Positions 59,356 through 64,000 of a stretch of DNA of 64,000 bases are shown piece after piece. Each line of letters starts with the position of its first letter. The first letter of the stretch is position 1. The notes beneath the pieces are model-generated. The model worked only from the letters and a program-made list of their open reading frames with translations. It made no database searches and had not been told where the DNA came from. The stretch is from assembly GCF_009914755.1 (NCBI RefSeq), contig NC_060927.1; one strand, written 5' to 3'. A program made the position numbers and the translations under genes. The DNA comes from the human T2T-CHM13v2.0 reference genome, Homo sapiens.

Positions 59356-60452
59356 CCCAGTGAATTTAGAAAGCTTATTTTGCCAAGGCTGAGGAGGTGC
59401 ACCTGTGACACAGCCTCAGGAGGTTCTGAGGACATGTGCCCAAGGTGATCAGAGCACAGTTTGGTTTTATACATTTTAGGGAGACATGAGGCATCAATCA
59501 ACATACATAAGATGAGCAATGGTTCATTCTGGAAAGATGGGACAACTTGAAGCAAAGGCAAGAAGACTCTAAGTGGGGAGGGAGCTTCCAGGGCATAGGT
59601 AGATAGGAGACACATGGTTGCATTCTTCTGAGTTTCTGACTAGCCTCTCCAAAGGAGGCAATCAGATATGCATTTATCTCAGTGAGCAGAGGGGTGACTT
59701 TTAATAGAATGGGAGGCAGGTTGCCCCTAAGCAGCTCCCAGCTTGACTTTTCCCTGTAGCTTAGTGATTTGGGGGCCCCAAGATTTCCTTTCACATTTCC
59801 CCCCCTTCTCTTTGAAAAAATCTTTTGGAGGAAGCATTTTAGAAGAAAATGAGTCTCTGGTCTCAGGTTTTGTCTCATCTCTCATGGCTAGGATGGCTTA
59901 TTCCTAGATGGGTAGGTCTTGAGTTATTAGGTATGTTCATTTTTAGCAGGTTGTAAGTCTCATGTTCTATAAAGAAAAAATAGGGGGAGGAAGGAAAAAA
60001 CAACAACAACAAACAAAAGAACAAGCCTGTAAAATCCATATAGGCCATATTACTCTGAAGTCCATACATCAGTAGGCAGGTATGAAAGTGGCTTATGTAT
60101 GTAAATAGGTTGCTGTTATCTTTTTCTGAAGTTTCCGTTGTCTAGCTTCAGTTCACTTGGCTTTACGAAAGCACAGCTTAGTTTTTGGTGACTCCAAATT
60201 AGGAAAGATGGGAAAAAAAAGAAGGAAAAAAAATTGAAAACATTGTTTTGCAGACTTGTAGCCCAGAAAAATTAGAATTCATTCCAAACCACAGAAAATA
60301 ATAAAAACAGGCAAGACTAGAATCTAACAACAGGTATACTACAGTTTTTGAAATATAACTTTTCTCTCTCCAGTTTCCCATTTTTACTAATGATAAATCA
60401 TGGTAGGACTAATTTGCTTTATTATTCTTGGTCTGATTATTTGTGTACAGTG
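59356..60452 (-). mobile_element. MER4-type ERV1 fragment: 3' internal region, polypurine tract and incomplete 3' LTR (MER4A-like)
   Basis: LTR 59356-59795 (gacacagcctcaggagg...ttttatacattttagggagacatgag...cctttcaca). PPT complement tttccccccct begins at 59796. Internal text runs to about 60452. Confidence 0.9.
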
Positions 60453-61294
60453 TTATATCATTAATATTATTCATAAAAACTCATTTGATGGCTACATAGA
60501 TGAATATATAGTATTAAATATATTCCTCTATTATTTGGCATTTAAATTGTTTCCCAGGTTTAGATTTTTCAAATTAATTAGATCAGTTGTCCAAGTTTTA
60601 TAGACACACACTCACACACACTCTGATGTAAACTGGAACCATAATGCAGGTAAGAGCATTTTGAACGTAGAGGGGATGACACAGAAATGCCTGGTATTCT
60701 CTGGGTTGGGTGTAGACACAGTTCCATACATGAAGGTGTGTGTTGACCAGCCTATTTTGGATTGTCTATCTTGGAGAGTACTGGTGGGCCTTTTAGGGGA
60801 GCAATTTATCAAGCTAATTTTCAGGGAGATTCCAGAAACGGGTACAGGGGACAGAGCTGGCCTTGGTGATTTGATTCTGGAGTTACCCACAAAGTTCCAC
60901 TGTGCCTCTAGACTAAGCCTCATATTCCAGCTTTAAAATCCCATTCTTTTCTCAGCAGGCTTTGTTGGTTTGAAAAAATACCTTGGCATCTCAGGAAGGA
61001 CAACAATTTGAACTACTATTGTAATAACTGAGGTAAAAGTTCTTTCTCAGGGGGAGGTTTTGACAGGAGGCAGGCAGTGCCCAAGAAGTGGGGAGACTTG
61101 CAGCTGATAAAGGAAAGCCACGGACCTGAGGATTCGGAGAACCAGGCTTTGAATGCAGGGGGCTGGGGAAGTGCCAGGTTCAGCTCAACAGTCATTTCTT
61201 GACAACCTACTCTATTATGAAGTGGTATTTTTTGGGTGCCGGGAGGCAGAGACGATGAAGATGAGTAAGATGCCTCTGGTAGTTCATAAAGGCA

Positions 61295-61440
61295 GCAGAG
61301 AGAAAAGAACCCAGACTCTGGAGCCAGACAGCCTAAGTATGAATCTCAGGTCTGTTTCTTACTCTCTCTGTGTCCTCAGAAAAGTTTTCAAGTCTGCCTA
61401 TGCCTCCGTTTCTACACATGATGGAGATAAATGTACCTTA
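61295..61440 (+). mobile_element. MIR
   Basis: agactctggagccagac...tgcctccgtttct. Confidence 0.75.
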
Positions 61441-61703
61441 ATGCCCAAATGAGCACTTCATTGTATCTACTAACTCATCAGTATGCTAATGTCATTATCA
61501 TATCACAGTCTCCCTCCACATTTGAGGTATCTCCAACTAATGAAAATTTTGTTTCCAGCCTCTTTCAAGGAGTCCAATTCAGCCTTATCCCAGATCACCA
61601 ATAGATGAAACTAGCCCAATGCCCCAGGGAAAGAAGGTAAATGGTAGACACCGCATGTGGATGGAAAATAATTTAGGAAAACAAGTGCAGTTGTTTATTC
61701 CAG

Positions 61704-62015
61704 GTCACGAAAAGGAAATTCAGCCTCAGTCTTCAATATCAACTGATAGGGTCAAGATTACCAGAGAAGCCAGCTGAAATTTCATATATAGATTTGACCT
61801 AAATGTGCAATGTCCTTTCAATAACTCTGAAGAGCTTACTAAGAGAAACAATTTTTTAGAGTCGCTAAAAGGAAATTCAGCCTCAGTCTTCATATCAACT
61901 GATAGGGCCAAGATTAACAGAGAAGCCAGTGAAATTTCATATATAGATTTGACCTAACTGTGCAATGTTCTTTCAATAACTCTGAAGAGCTTACTAGAAG
62001 AAACAATTTTTTAGA
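61704..62015. repeat. Tandem duplication of a ~157-bp unique unit (61704-61860; 61861-62015)
   Basis: Manual alignment gives 8 substitutions and 2 single-base indels, about 94% identity. Confidence 0.97.
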
Positions 62016-62514
62016 GGGAAAATATATGTTGGAGCAAGGTTACATTTCCGTGCAAAGGGAATATTCTATGAGTTCCTTAGTTACCACTAATGTAAGAAGG
62101 ATTTCCAGCAGGTACTGGTGCAACTGGCCTACAAGATATTTATGGTCCATTAAGAGTTGTAAGCAAGACTGTTTCTTTTTCAGAAAAAAAGCAATTTTCT
62201 CTTAAATATTTTAGTGTGTTATGACATGAATACACTATAGGGCAAGCAAAAGTATTTAAGTGGTTCAGCACACAAAACCAGCTCCAAAAGGATGACCTTG
62301 GGAATTTTAGAAGCTTGGCTAGAGCATGTTGATGACTTCCTTGTGTTTAACAAAAACTATAAAAAGGAGTTATAATAAAGTACCTAGATGGGGACTACTG
62401 GGCCATATCCTAAAAGCAGAGAAAATTCCTGACTTTGTAAAATGTCATTTCTTTCACTGTAAGTCTAAATTACTGGTAGTGTGTCTAGGACTTATAAATT
62501 TATTGGAAATCCAG

Positions 62515-62549
62515 TGTGTGTGTTGTGTGTCGTGTGTGGGTGTGTGTGT
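62515..62549. repeat. Imperfect (TG)n
   Basis: Directly visible. Confidence 0.85.
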
Positions 62550-63039
62550 AAATGTCTCTAAGGTTGAACAGGGATATGAAAACCATTTGGGATTTAGTAC
62601 TGGAAGTCCCAGTGTCTAAGAAAATCGCTTTTCTCCCTATACATGGGTTTTCCATAAAATTGAAGGATAATATTTTCCTTAGGCTAAAGCAAAGGGTGAT
62701 AGAAACAGGGACGGCTTTGTAGTCAAACAGACTTTGATATAAACAAGCTTTGCCATGAGCTGGTTATGAGGTTTTGACATAGATATTTACTCTCTGCAAA
62801 TTTAGTTTCAATTCAATGGTATGAATGATATGCTTGGCACCTAGCAGACAGTCCAGCCCAATGTGTATTCTCATTGACAGTAATAATTTGATTATTATTC
62901 TCAAATATTACATTTATTTAAAATAGATGTATTACTAGTCTCAGTGTATTCTCAATGACAATAATAATTGTATTATATTATTATTTTTCATTAGTGCTCT
63001 CCCTAGGAGCAAAGACTGCGAACTATAGTTGTTTATGAC

Positions 63040-63205
63040 CACTAACCTTACACTAGAAGCCCAGTATGATTGGGTATTTTTCCCCCATTTTAAATAAGGG
63101 AAACATAAGATACTGAGATTTAAATAGCAAGTTAAACATTAAACAGTTTGCAATAAATCACTATGTTGACTCAAGGTGGAGAGAATTTAGAGCTACACAG
63201 GTATA
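63040..63205 (-). mobile_element. MIR fragment
   Basis: ccccattttaaataagggaaac... Confidence 0.5.
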
Positions 63206-63346
63206 CCAGCTATTTCTTGATTTCCTTGATTAGAAAGAAAATCTGGCATCATTCAAATTCCTATTCTAAATCTGGGGAAGGTCATAACAGTCTCCACAAA
63301 CAGCTGCTTGCCAGTAAGCTGAAGCAGTTTGAAAGCATTCTAGAGC

Positions 63347-63638
63347 AAAACCATCCAGAAGAAATCTAATGCATGATACATATGTTATTAAAAGTGTTTG
63401 GTAGCAACACCAAAACAAGTACAAAGAAACAGGTGAAATTAATTTTAGTGATATAATTTTTAACTCAACATTACCAAAATATTATTTCAACATGTAACTA
63501 TTATAAAACATTATTAATGAGATATTTACTTTTTTTTTGGTAGAAGGCTTTGAAATCCAAACTGGATTTTACATTTACAACGCATCTCAATTCAGACTGG
63601 TCACAGGTGGCTAGCTGCTACCAAATTGAACATTAATG
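63347..63638. mobile_element. MER33 (hAT-Charlie)
   Basis: aaagaaacaggtgaaattaatttta...aaaatattatttcaacatgtaa...catctcaattcagact. Confidence 0.85.
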
Positions 63639-64000
63639 GTAGACGTCACCCCGCAGTGACAAAAATATAACCACATTTGAACACTCAAGCCGGGATTCTA
63701 AACATCAGGCTATGTTTCCAGGACTCTATGTCTCCAAAAGCAGGCAACTTGGAGGCCTTAGGATTCCTTCCTGCTGGCATGTGGCACATGAATGAACCTT
63801 GCTCCAAGCTAAGAGGTTACGGGATTTATTTATACAGGTTGTTTGAATTACATGTATCATTCTTTTGTCTAAAGAATGACAGGTGATAATTTAAAAATAA
63901 AAACATTTACAAATGCTTTGGGACTTTAAAATTGTATTAATTTTTATCTTCTGTTTCCCCCTAATTCTTGCTTATTTTGATTTTCTTCATTAAAAGAGAG

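Noticed and set aside
61704-62015. CRISPR-like or satellite array
   Set aside because: Only two long contiguous units with no spacers, in a eukaryotic context.

Overview
Human genomic DNA (human-specific L1HS-Ta diagnostics present), AT-rich, CpG-depleted, with no CpG island. I find no supportable protein-coding exon, RNA gene or promoter, so the window reads as intronic or intergenic; I cannot identify the locus. It is a layered record of transposable elements: nine Alus plus one truncated Alu, old L1M fragments, L2/MIR, MaLR/ERVL/ERV1 LTRs and hAT/Tigger DNA transposon fossils, many nested with readable target-site duplications (TSDs). The best leads are: (1) a very young 937-bp L1HS-Ta insertion with a perfect 14-bp TSD, landing in a CpG-retaining, motif-rich unique segment and creating a chimeric 250-aa ORF; (2) a MER4-type ERV fragment shaped like an L1-retrotransposed ERV mRNA; (3) a unique ~157-bp tandem duplication; (4) an antisense AluY that has gained splice signals; (5) a G-quadruplex/hairpin motif. 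I see no evidence of a new multi-gene system. Subfamily names were assigned by eye from remembered consensus sequences, and boundaries of old elements are approximate.
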